Shown in pieces: positions 38,794 through 47,440 of a stretch of 64,000 nucleotides of DNA. How positions within the stretch are numbered: position 1 is the first letter of the stretch; every line of letters starts with the position of its first letter. The stretch comes from an uncultured Eubacteriales bacterium. Its GTDB lineage: Bacteria; Bacillota; Clostridia; Oscillospirales; Oscillospiraceae. The notes beneath the pieces were generated by a model. The model searched no databases, was not told the DNA's origin, and saw only the letters and a program-made list of their open reading frames with translations. Position numbers and translations under genes: made by a program. Where the stretch lies: the NCBI GenBank assembly GCA_900321275.1, contig ONVI01000013.1, positions 117 to 64,116 on the forward strand, in the 5' to 3' direction.

Positions 38794-39738
38794 CTATTTT
38801 TTATTTCTGAGATATTTTCCGCACTGCATGGCGGCTACAGCGCCGTCGGCGCAGGCGGTGACGACCTGACGAAGCGGCGTGACGCGCACGTCGCCCGCGG
38901 CGTAAACGCCGGGGATATTCGTCTCCATCTTCTCGTTGGTCACGATATAGCCCCCCTGCATGTCCAGAACACCGTCGAACATGCCGGTCGTCCTCTTGCC
39001 GGTAAAACCGAAGAGGCCGAAGACGCCGTCCTCTTCGTCCGCCTTCAGCACGGTGCGCTCACCGGTACTGACGCTTTGCATGACAATCTCACTGAGCATC
39101 CCGTCGCCGCCAAGATCCGCAACCTCAACGCCGAACATCACCTGGATTTTCGGATTTTCCTCGATTTCCCGCTTGATATCGGGCGACGCCGCCAACTCAT
39201 GCCCCTTATGGAGTATGGTAACCTTCCGTCCGAAACGGGACAGATAGAGCGCCTCCTCCGCCGCGATGCCGCTGCCGCCGACCACATAAATCTCGAGATC
39301 CCGGAAAAAGTTTGCGTCGCATACGGCGCAGTAGCTGACGCCCCTGCCGACATATTCCGCCTCGTGCGCGCAGCCGATAAAGCGGGTCATGGCGCCGGTG
39401 CACACGATGACGCTTCTGCCCTGGTATACGCCCCTGCTGCCGATGAATTTCTTGACCGCGCCGCTGAAATCGCAGGCGGAAACCGTGTCGCTGACGCGCT
39501 CGCAGCCGAATTTCCTGCACTGCTCGGTCATGGGCGCGACGAGCTCCTGCCCGCTCATGCCGTCTATATTGGCCTGCCCGGGGTAATTTTCGATTTCGTG
39601 GGTCAGGACGATCTGACCGCCGTCAACCCCCTTCTCGATAATCAGCACAGACAGCCCGGATCGTCCGGCATACAGGCCCGCCGCGAGTCCCGCAGGCCCG
39701 CCGCCGAGAATCATGACATCATAGATTTTTTCCTCCAT
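38794..39738 (-). CDS. trxB: Thioredoxin-disulfide reductase
   Basis: Start at MEEKIYDVMILGGGPAGLAAG (GGAGGA RBS). Redox 'CAVCDA' and second Rossmann 'VVGGSGIAAEEA'. Confidence 0.9.
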   Translation of the reverse strand: MEEKIYDVMILGGGPAGLAAGLYAGRSGLSVLIIEKGVDGGQIVLTHEIENYPGQANIDGMSGQELVAPMTEQCRKFGCERVSDTVSACDFSGAVKKFIGSRGVYQGRSVIVCTGAMTRFIGCAHEAEYVGRGVSYCAVCDANFFRDLEIYVVGGSGIAAEEALYLSRFGRKVTILHKGHELAASPDIKREIEENPKIQVMFGVEVADLGGDGMLSEIVMQSVSTGERTVLKADEEDGVFGLFGFTGKRTTGMFDGVLDMQGGYIVTNEKMETNIPGVYAAGDVRVTPLRQVVTACADGAVAAMQCGKYLRNKK

Positions 39739-39815
39739 GTTTTTTCCTCCTCTGTAAGTGATCTCCGAAAAGCGCCGGTCTTTCATCCCGGCGGGGGTAT
39801 TATGCGTTTATTGTA

Positions 39816-41009
39816 TTATTTCCCGCAGGCTTCAATGATGGCCTTCATATCCTCCATGTGCCGCATCATATCCCGGAACAGTGCAAGCTGCGCCCTGGCG
39901 CGGACAAGATTGTGCTCCGGATAATCGATGCGGAAGTACTTGTCCCCCACCAGATAATCCCCGAGAAAGCGGGAGGCCAGCTCCAGCGTGATCACGGCGG
40001 CGCCGACGGCGAGGGACTGACGTTCCGCGGCTTCCAGAATCCCGCCCATCTCGCTCAGATACCCCTCGGTATAGGCTTTGAAGAGCGTCAGATCCAGTTT
40101 CATCTTTTCACAGTCCCGCTCGTCCTCCTCCGCCGTACAGGCCGCAAACCGGATCGTATCGCCGAAATCATAGCAGGCAAGGCCCGGCATACAGGTATCC
40201 AGGTCGATGATGACAAGCGGGTCAAGGGTATTTCGGTCAAACAGGATGTTGTTGGTTTTCGTGTCGTTGTGCGTCACGCGGATCGGGAGCTCACCCGCGT
40301 CGATCTGTCTGCACAGTGTACCCGCGAAGTCCTGATTGTCTTTGATGAGGGCAATTTCCGCCCCGGCGGACGCCGCCCTTCCCAGCGGGTCCTCCTCCAC
40401 ATTCCGCAGAAAGCTCTCCATCCGGTAGACCGTATCGTGGAAATGCGGGATGGATTCCACCAGCTGGGAAGCGTCAAAATCCTGAAGCTGCCGGTTGAAC
40501 TTCCCAAAGGCCTTGCCGGACATGCGCAGCACCTCGGCCTTGCCCTCCGCGGTCTCAAAGGAGACGGAGTTTTCAATATAGTTGTACAGGCGCCAGAATT
40601 CCCATTCGTTCTGCGACCAGCCGCTTTCGATGATTTTTTCCTGCTCGTCCCGCGGAAGCTCTTCCAGATTTTCAAAGCCGCCGTCCTTCTCTCTGAAAAT
40701 CAGAAAGTTGTTCCCCGATGCGGTATGATGAAAATGCAGCCGCCGCCTTCTCTCAAGCGTGCGCTCCTTGTTCATGATGTGGCGGGTAATGAGGTCGATG
40801 TTGCGCATCATGCTGATCGGTTCCCGGAACACATACCAGTTCACCCGCTGCACCAGGAACTGCCGAACCTCCTTCCCGTCATACAGGGCCGCGTAATAGG
40901 CTGTATTGATATGGCCGTTGGGGATCAGCCGGTACAGGATCAGCTCACCGGGGATGCGAAACTGCCGGCAGATATAGGCCAGCTTGTCACGGACAGGATC
41001 GGACTGCAT
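39816..41009 (-). CDS. APH-fold phosphotransferase, N-acetylhexosamine-1-kinase (NahK)-like
   Basis: 397 aa with 'VTHNDTKTNNILFD' catalytic loop and 'VIIDLDT'. Confidence 0.65.
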   Translation of the reverse strand: MQSDPVRDKLAYICRQFRIPGELILYRLIPNGHINTAYYAALYDGKEVRQFLVQRVNWYVFREPISMMRNIDLITRHIMNKERTLERRRRLHFHHTASGNNFLIFREKDGGFENLEELPRDEQEKIIESGWSQNEWEFWRLYNYIENSVSFETAEGKAEVLRMSGKAFGKFNRQLQDFDASQLVESIPHFHDTVYRMESFLRNVEEDPLGRAASAGAEIALIKDNQDFAGTLCRQIDAGELPIRVTHNDTKTNNILFDRNTLDPLVIIDLDTCMPGLACYDFGDTIRFAACTAEEDERDCEKMKLDLTLFKAYTEGYLSEMGGILEAAERQSLAVGAAVITLELASRFLGDYLVGDKYFRIDYPEHNLVRARAQLALFRDMMRHMEDMKAIIEACGK

Positions 41010-41091
41010 CTCTTCACCACTTCTTCTTTATAATTCTTCAAAAAACTGAGGATATCATATCATATGTGTCAAGCGGAAGCAAGTTCCGCTC

Positions 41092-41120
41092 TTGCCTGAT
41101 GAGCGCAGATGGTATATAAT
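41092..41120 (+). promoter_or_regulatory. Sigma-A-type promoter of nhaC
   Basis: TTGCCT-17 nt-TATAAT, about 70 nt upstream of the ATG at 41191. Confidence 0.5.
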
Positions 41121-41190
41121 GCTTTGGAAAAAAGTCGATACGACTTATCGGGAAGGCCCCGCGTTTTCCCGGTCAGGCAAGGAGGTTTTC

Positions 41191-42585
41191 ATGAAGAATA
41201 CCAAGAAGAGCGGAATCGCGCTTCTCCCGTTTCTCATTTTTATCGTCATCTATCTCGGCGCGGGACTGATCTACCAGTCCAAAGGCGAGGCCATGGCCTT
41301 CTACATGTTCCCGTCCGTGACCGCCATGTTCATCGCCGTGCTCGTCGCCTTCTTCATGGACAAGGGCAGCATCAGCGAGCGCTTTGAGACCTTCGCGCGC
41401 GGCGCGGCCAATGTGGACGTGCTGACCATGCTGATGATCTATCTGCTGGCAGGCGCCTTCGCCGCCGTCGCCTCCGCAATGGGTGCCAAGGACGCGACCG
41501 TCAATCTCGGCCTGTCGCTGGTTCCCCCGTCTCTGGTGGCAGCCGGTCTTTTCCTGATCGCGGCCTTTTTCGGCACCTCTACCGGCACCTCCATGGGCAC
41601 CATCTCCGCCCTCATCCCCATTGCCATCGGCGTTGCGGAAAAAGGCGGGCTCTCTCCCACCATGATCGTTGCGGCTGTCGTCGGCGGCGGCATGTTCGGC
41701 GACAATCTCTCCATGATCTCCGATACCACCATCGCCGCGACCCGTTCCCAGCGCGTGGAGATGCGCGACAAATTTCGTGTAAACTTCCTTATCGCGCTGC
41801 CCGCTGCCATCCTCACGCTGGTGCTTCTCTTGATTTTCGGGCGCCCCGAGACCGTTGCCCCGCTGGGCGATCTCTCCTTCAGCACGGTCAAAATCATCCC
41901 CTATCTCGCCGTTCTGATTCTTGCGCTGTGCGGGATGAACGTGTTTCTTGTGCTCATCATCGGGATTTTCTCGGCGGGAATCATCGGCATGCTGACAGGT
42001 TCCCTGAACATCTCCGGCTTCGCGCAGGCGATTTACGACGGCTTCTGCGGCATGAATGAGGTATTCTTCCTCACGCTCTTCAGCGGCGGCATGTCGGCGA
42101 TGATTGCCAAAAACGGCGGCATTAACTGGATTCTCGACAAGCTTCGCGGCGTGATGAAGGGCAACAGGTCCGCCCAGGTCGGCATCGCGGCGCTGGTCTC
42201 CGCCTGCGACTGTGCCACCGCCAACAACACCGTGGCCATCATCGTAGCAGGCGACATGGCGCGCGAGGTCTCCCATACCTATAAGGTCGACCCGCGCCGA
42301 ACCGCCTCCCTGCTGGATGTCTTCTCCTGCGTCTTCCAGGGCATGATCCCCTACGGCGCGCAGCTTGTCGTCGCGGCAAGCCTTGCCACGCAGAGCTCCG
42401 TACTCGGGCAGACTTTCTCCGCCGCGTCCTTTGTGCGCGGGATGTGGTACTGCTGGATCCTCGCCGCCTTCGGCCTTCTTTCCATCTTCATCCCCTACGC
42501 CGACGGCGTGATCCGGAAGGATCCCTGGAACTGGGAATACGACTGCCCCGAGTCCCAGGTTTCCGCGAAGAAGGCCGAGAAATAA
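41191..42585 (+). CDS. nhaC: Na+/H+ antiporter, NhaC family
   Basis: Start at MKNTKKSGIALLPF (AAGGAGG RBS). About 12 TM segments with an NhaC-like pattern. Confidence 0.85.
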   Translation: MKNTKKSGIALLPFLIFIVIYLGAGLIYQSKGEAMAFYMFPSVTAMFIAVLVAFFMDKGSISERFETFARGAANVDVLTMLMIYLLAGAFAAVASAMGAKDATVNLGLSLVPPSLVAAGLFLIAAFFGTSTGTSMGTISALIPIAIGVAEKGGLSPTMIVAAVVGGGMFGDNLSMISDTTIAATRSQRVEMRDKFRVNFLIALPAAILTLVLLLIFGRPETVAPLGDLSFSTVKIIPYLAVLILALCGMNVFLVLIIGIFSAGIIGMLTGSLNISGFAQAIYDGFCGMNEVFFLTLFSGGMSAMIAKNGGINWILDKLRGVMKGNRSAQVGIAALVSACDCATANNTVAIIVAGDMAREVSHTYKVDPRRTASLLDVFSCVFQGMIPYGAQLVVAASLATQSSVLGQTFSAASFVRGMWYCWILAAFGLLSIFIPYADGVIRKDPWNWEYDCPESQVSAKKAEK

Positions 42586-42657
42586 AGCTATCCCCCGTTT
42601 TGACAAATCCTGTTGATTCTTTGACCGTCATACACCATCAAGAAAGGAAGATGCACC

Positions 42658-43029
42658 ATGAAAGTCACATCCACGCCCAAAGCTCCGGCCGCCATCGGGC
42701 CCTATTCCCAGGCGATTTCCGCAAACGGCTTTCTCTTCACCTCCGGACAGATCGCCATCATCCCCGAGACCGGGGAGATCGACGGTACGACCATCGAGTC
42801 CCAGGCCGAGCGCTGCTGTATGAATCTCAAGGCGCTGCTGGAGGAAAACGGCCTCGGCTTCGAGTCTGTCGTCAAGACGGTCTGCTTCCTCGCCGACATG
42901 GGCGACTTCGCAGCCTTCAACGCCGTCTATGCCAGGTACTTCACCGGCAAGCCCGCACGCTCCTGCGTGGCGGTCAGGACGCTGCCGAAAAACGTCCTCT
43001 GCGAGATCGAGCTGATCGCCGCGCTCTGA
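42658..43029 (+). CDS. ridA: RidA-family reactive enamine/imine deaminase
   Basis: 123 aa with 'APAAIGPYSQAI..NGFLFTSGQI' and 'ARSCVAV..LPK...EIE'. Confidence 0.93.
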   Translation: MKVTSTPKAPAAIGPYSQAISANGFLFTSGQIAIIPETGEIDGTTIESQAERCCMNLKALLEENGLGFESVVKTVCFLADMGDFAAFNAVYARYFTGKPARSCVAVRTLPKNVLCEIELIAAL

Positions 43030-43045
43030 TACTATCCCCATCGAA

Positions 43046-43080
43046 ACAGCCGCCGTGTCAACACGGCGGCTGTCTTGTTT
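43046..43080 (+). terminator. ridA terminator hairpin; overlaps the 3' end of the convergent Cys-rich ORF
   Basis: ACAGCCGCCGTGT-CAA-CACGGCGGCTGT followed by CTTGTTT. Confidence 0.7.
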
Positions 43081-43246
43081 CATCGGTGTGATTGTTCTCG
43101 CTCTCCTGTCCCCTGCCGCACGCGGCGCAGACCTCGCAGCCTGTGCAGGAGCCGCAGCAGCCGGAGGGCCTGCGGCGGCGCTTGAGAACGGTCAAAACGA
43201 CGATCCCGGCAATGCAGGCGAGAATCAGAATATCCCAGATGTTCAT
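43058..43246 (-). CDS. FeoB-associated Cys-rich small membrane protein
   Basis: 62 aa beginning MNIWDILILACIAGIVVLTVLKRRRRPSGCCGSCTGCEVCAAC. One TM helix plus a Cys cluster, 12 nt downstream of feoB. Confidence 0.7.
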   Translation of the reverse strand: MNIWDILILACIAGIVVLTVLKRRRRPSGCCGSCTGCEVCAACGRGQESENNHTDETRQPPC

Positions 43247-43257
43247 GGCACACTTCC

Positions 43258-45600
43258 CTATCTCAGGCCCAGTACGAGGCAGATCATGCGAAACAGCAGC
43301 GCCATCACCCAGGCAATGCAGCACTGTCCCAGCACCACATAGATTGACCATTTGCGGCCCATTTCCCTTCGGATAGAGGCGACAGCCGCCACACAGGGGG
43401 TGTACAGCAGGCTGAACACCAGCATGGTTGCGGCGGTCAGTTGACCCAGCACCGCAACATTGCCTTTAAAAAGCGTCTCCATCACCGACACGACGCTCTC
43501 CTTGGCCATGAAGCCGCTGACGAGGGCAGTGATGATGCGCCAGTCCCCCAGGCCGATCGGCTTCATCAGCGGAACAAGCAGGCCGGCGATTGCGGCAAGG
43601 ATGCTGTCCTGAGAATCCTCCACAAGATTGAAGTGGAAATCGAAGCTTTTCAGGAACCATACCGCAATGGTCGCGATCAGGATAACCGAAAAGGCACGCT
43701 GGAGGAAATCCTTGGATTTCTCCCACAAAAGCAGCGCCACGTTCCTGGCGCTGGGGAGGCGGTAATTCGGCAGCTCCATCACAAAGGGGACGGCCTCGCC
43801 CTTAAAGAGGGTGCTCTTGAAGAAAAACGCCGCCAGGATACCTGTCAGGATTCCCAGAAGATACAGCCCCGAGATGATCAGCCAGCTCTGCCGCGGGAAG
43901 AAGACGCTGACGAAAAAACCGTAGATCGGGAGCTTCGCCGTGCAGGACATGAAGGGTGTCAGGAGTATCGTCATGCGCCGGTCGCGCTCGCTGGGCAGGG
44001 TGCGGGTGGACATGACCGCCGGAACCGTGCAGCCGAAGCCGATCAGCAGGGGGACGATGCTGCGCCCCGACAGGCCGATGCGCCGGAGCGCCTTGTCCAT
44101 CACGAAGGCCACACGGGCAATATAACCGCTGTCCTCCAGAATGGACAGGAAGAAGAAAAGCACGACAATGATGGGCAGGAAGCTCACCACGGTGCCGACG
44201 CCCTCAAAGATTCCCTCGAGTACGAGACTCTGCACCGCGGGGTTGACCTGCCCGGCCTGCATGCCGGCCTCCGCCAGATCGCGCAGCTTGTCGATGCCAG
44301 TTTGCAGCAGATCCTGGAAGAAGGGGCCCATCAGGAAGAAGGACAGGTAGAAGACCAGCACCATGACCGCGGCAAAAACGGGTATTCCGGTATATTTCCC
44401 GGTCAGGATCGTGTCGAGCTTCCGGCTGCGGATATGTTCCCGGCTCTCGCGCGGCTTGATGACGCAGCGGTCACAGACCTTCCCGATGAAGTCAAAACGC
44501 ATATCCGCGATCGCCGCGCTGTGATCCATGCCGCGCTCCTTCCCCATCTGCAGTACGATATGGCCCAGCATCTCCGTCTCGTTCTGATCCAGATTGAGGC
44601 GCTCCTCAATCAGGGTGTCGCCCTCCAGCAGCTTGCAGGCCGAAAAGCGCAGGGGCAGCTTCGCCGCCTCCGCGTGATCCTCGATCAGGTGGCTGACAGC
44701 GTGGATCGCCCGGTGAACCGCGCCGCCGTGATCGTCGGAGCCGCAGAAGTCCTGTCTTGTCGGGCGCTCCTGATACTTTGCGATATGAACCGCGTGGCGC
44801 ACCAGCTCATCCACGCCCTCGTTCTTCGCAGCCGAGATGGGCACCACGGGAACGCCGAGCATGGCCTCCATCGCGTTTACGTCCACGGTGCCGCCGTTGC
44901 CGCGCAGCTCGTCCATCATGTTGAGCGCCACGACCATCGGGATATCCAGCTCCAGAAGCTGCATGGTCAGATAGAGGTTGCGCTCGATATTGGTGGCGTC
45001 CACAATATTGATGATCGCCTTCGGCGAATTGTCCAGCACGAAGCTGCGGGAGACGAGCTCTTCGCTGGTATAGGGCGACATGGAATAGATGCCCGGCAGA
45101 TCCGTGATCAGCGTATCGCTGTGTCCGCGGATGACGCCGTCCTTCCGATCGACCGTCACACCGGGGAAATTGCCGACATGCTGGTTGGAGCCGGTCAGCT
45201 GGTTAAAAAGCGTGGTTTTGCCGCTGTTCTGGTTTCCCACAAGGGCAAAGGTCAGCGTAGTGCCCTCGGGGAGCGGATCGCCGCTGCCCTTCGGATGGAA
45301 TCTTCCCCCCTCGCCCAGTCCGGGGTGTTCCGTGACAGCCTTCTCCCGGCTCGTCGGTTTTCTCTCTGTCGTTTCCCCGAGCAGGGCAACGCTGATTTTT
45401 TCCGCGTCCGCCATGCGCAGGGTCAGCTCATACCCGTGGATGCGCAGCTCCATCGGATCGCCCAGCGGGGCCAGCTTGACCATCGTGACAGCCGCCCCGG
45501 GGAGTAGACCCATATCCAGGAAATGCTGCCGCAGGGCGCCCTCACCGCCGACTTCTTCCACGCGGGCGGACTGTCCGGGCTTTAATTCATTCAGCTTCAT
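43258..45600 (-). CDS. feoB: Ferrous iron transporter FeoA-FeoB fusion
   Basis: N-terminal FeoA SH3-like domain (LKPGQSARV...LLPGAAV...GDPMELRIHGYELTLR). G domain 'GNQNSGKTTLFN' followed by a polytopic permease. Confidence 0.93.
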   Translation of the reverse strand: MKLNELKPGQSARVEEVGGEGALRQHFLDMGLLPGAAVTMVKLAPLGDPMELRIHGYELTLRMADAEKISVALLGETTERKPTSREKAVTEHPGLGEGGRFHPKGSGDPLPEGTTLTFALVGNQNSGKTTLFNQLTGSNQHVGNFPGVTVDRKDGVIRGHSDTLITDLPGIYSMSPYTSEELVSRSFVLDNSPKAIINIVDATNIERNLYLTMQLLELDIPMVVALNMMDELRGNGGTVDVNAMEAMLGVPVVPISAAKNEGVDELVRHAVHIAKYQERPTRQDFCGSDDHGGAVHRAIHAVSHLIEDHAEAAKLPLRFSACKLLEGDTLIEERLNLDQNETEMLGHIVLQMGKERGMDHSAAIADMRFDFIGKVCDRCVIKPRESREHIRSRKLDTILTGKYTGIPVFAAVMVLVFYLSFFLMGPFFQDLLQTGIDKLRDLAEAGMQAGQVNPAVQSLVLEGIFEGVGTVVSFLPIIVVLFFFLSILEDSGYIARVAFVMDKALRRIGLSGRSIVPLLIGFGCTVPAVMSTRTLPSERDRRMTILLTPFMSCTAKLPIYGFFVSVFFPRQSWLIISGLYLLGILTGILAAFFFKSTLFKGEAVPFVMELPNYRLPSARNVALLLWEKSKDFLQRAFSVILIATIAVWFLKSFDFHFNLVEDSQDSILAAIAGLLVPLMKPIGLGDWRIITALVSGFMAKESVVSVMETLFKGNVAVLGQLTAATMLVFSLLYTPCVAAVASIRREMGRKWSIYVVLGQCCIAWVMALLFRMICLVLGLR

Positions 45601-45662
45601 ATTGCGCTCCCGTCCTGTTTTTTCTTTTTTATGTATTTATGTATCAAAATCAATCGTCCCGG

Positions 45663-46328
45663 TCACAAAACATACCGAAGAATACAGACCGCCTGCAGCA
45701 TGCTGCCCAGGACAACGAAGACATGAAACACCGTATGGAAATAGGGTTTTTTCTTTCCGATCCCGTAAAGCACCGCGCCCACCGTATAGGAAACTCCGCC
45801 CGCCAGAAGCCACAGGAAGCCCGGCATGGTTACAGCCTCGATCGTGGGCTTGAGGGCAACCACGATGAGCCAGCCCATGGCGATGTAGCAGAACATGGAG
45901 GCTTTGCTGTATTTTTTCATATCGATCGCCGTCAGGATTCCCGCCAGCAGGCCGAGGCCCCATTCCGCCGCGAAAATTACCCAGGCAAGCGTCGGGTGCT
46001 GCGGGCGAATCGCGACCAGCAGCGTCGGCGTATAGGAGCCCGCGATAAGCGCATAGATGGTGCAGTGGTCGACAATGCGCATCACCCGCTTCGCGTTTCC
46101 GACGGGCAGGCTGTGATAGACGCTTGAGACAAGATAGAGGATGAGCATGGACAGGCCGTAGATCCAGCAGCTCTCCACCGCAAGCTCCCGCCCGTGAAGA
46201 CGCGCAAGCTTCAGTCCGTACACGAGCACCCACACAGCAAACGCGGCGCCGAAGATGTGCGTGGCTGTATTCAAGCGTTCCTCCCGTGCGCTGTATTGCG
46301 GAATGTCGATCTCTCGAATGCGGCGCAT
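45663..46328 (-). CDS. Hemolysin-III/PAQR-family membrane protein (TrhA-like)
   Basis: Start at MRRIREIDIPQYSAREERLNTATH (GGGAGG RBS). 7 TM segments, 'DHCTIY' and 'HVFVVLGS'. Confidence 0.85.
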   Translation of the reverse strand: MRRIREIDIPQYSAREERLNTATHIFGAAFAVWVLVYGLKLARLHGRELAVESCWIYGLSMLILYLVSSVYHSLPVGNAKRVMRIVDHCTIYALIAGSYTPTLLVAIRPQHPTLAWVIFAAEWGLGLLAGILTAIDMKKYSKASMFCYIAMGWLIVVALKPTIEAVTMPGFLWLLAGGVSYTVGAVLYGIGKKKPYFHTVFHVFVVLGSMLQAVCILRYVL

Positions 46329-46396
46329 GTCTTGTCCTCCCTTCAAATGATATTTTATCATACTAAAAAAAACGCGGAAAATCAATGGGCGGAAAG

Positions 46397-46430
46397 CCGA
46401 TATTGACAAATATCGGATTCACGATAGAAT
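46397..46430 (+). promoter_or_regulatory. Promoter of the aldose-epimerase gene with an 8-4-8 palindrome over the -35
   Basis: CCGATATT-GACA-AATATCGG embeds TTGACA. TAGAAT lies 16 nt downstream. Confidence 0.45.
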
Positions 46431-46471
46431 AAGATGAAACAATCCGGAAAAACATATCGGGAGGGTAAACG

Positions 46472-47365
46472 ATGGACAAAACACATATTCTGGAGACAGA
46501 ATGCCTGCGAATTGAGATCGCCGACGCCGGGGCGGAGCTCAGTCGTGTTCTGGATAAGGAGTCGGGCATGGAACGCCTGTGGTGGGCGGATCCCGCCGTA
46601 TGGAACCGGCATGCGCCGCTTCTGTTTCCCTTTGTCGGCAAGGTAATCGACGGCAAATACCGCACGGACAGCGGAGAGTATCCCATGAAGACGCAGCACG
46701 GCTTTGCGCGTGATCTGGATTTTGACTGCGTGGAGGAGACCGCGGACGCCGTTGCGCACCGCCTCTGCTCGTCGGATCGGACGCGGGAGATCTATCCCTA
46801 TGATTTCCGCCTCACGGTCCGGCACAGCGTCGACGCCGCGCGTCCCCGTGTCCTGCGGATCGCCTGGACGGTGGAGAATACCGGCACCGGCCGCATGTAC
46901 TATTCCATCGGCGGGCATCCGGGCTTTCTGCCCCCGCGTGACGTCAAAAAAGAAGACTGCCTGTTCGTCTTCCCCGGACATGACGGGCTTTGGTATTTCG
47001 GCGCCGACTGCGAAGGCTTTGCGCTGCCGGAGCAGAAGAAAAAACTCACGCTGAAAAACGGTGCCGCGCCGTATCAGCCGGATATTCCCGCTACCTGGAT
47101 CTTTGAGAATCAGGGCATTGAAACCGTTCAGATCGCCGCGCCGGACGGCAGGCCCTACGTCACCATGCACTGCGCGGGCTTCCCGCAGCTTGCGATCTGG
47201 GCTAACGCAAAGGGCCCCTATGTCTGCCTCGAGCCCTGGTACGGCAGAACCGACGACGCGGGCTTTGCTGGAACCCTCGCACAAAAACCGGGTGTTCAGA
47301 TTCTTGACAGCGGAGAAACGCAGGAGATTACTTACGAAATTGAGTTCCATTCAGAATGCGATTGA
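46472..47365 (+). CDS. Aldose 1-epimerase family protein (LacX/YihR-like)
   Basis: 297 aa with 'LLFPFVGKV', 'HGFAR', 'GGHPGF' and 'EPWYG'. Confidence 0.85.
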   Translation: MDKTHILETECLRIEIADAGAELSRVLDKESGMERLWWADPAVWNRHAPLLFPFVGKVIDGKYRTDSGEYPMKTQHGFARDLDFDCVEETADAVAHRLCSSDRTREIYPYDFRLTVRHSVDAARPRVLRIAWTVENTGTGRMYYSIGGHPGFLPPRDVKKEDCLFVFPGHDGLWYFGADCEGFALPEQKKKLTLKNGAAPYQPDIPATWIFENQGIETVQIAAPDGRPYVTMHCAGFPQLAIWANAKGPYVCLEPWYGRTDDAGFAGTLAQKPGVQILDSGETQEITYEIEFHSECD

Positions 47366-47440
47366 CGATTGTCGGGATTTCATTTATAATACAAACACAG
47401 TTTGAGTTTTTTTCAAAATGTATCAAAAAGGAGAATGCGT

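Noticed and set aside
45601-45662. Fur-type iron box upstream of feoAB (TGATACATAAATACA).
   Set aside because: It is a poor match to the TGATAAT-N-ATTATCA 7-1-7 consensus. The gap to the upstream gene is only 62 nt, so feoAB may be co-transcribed with it.
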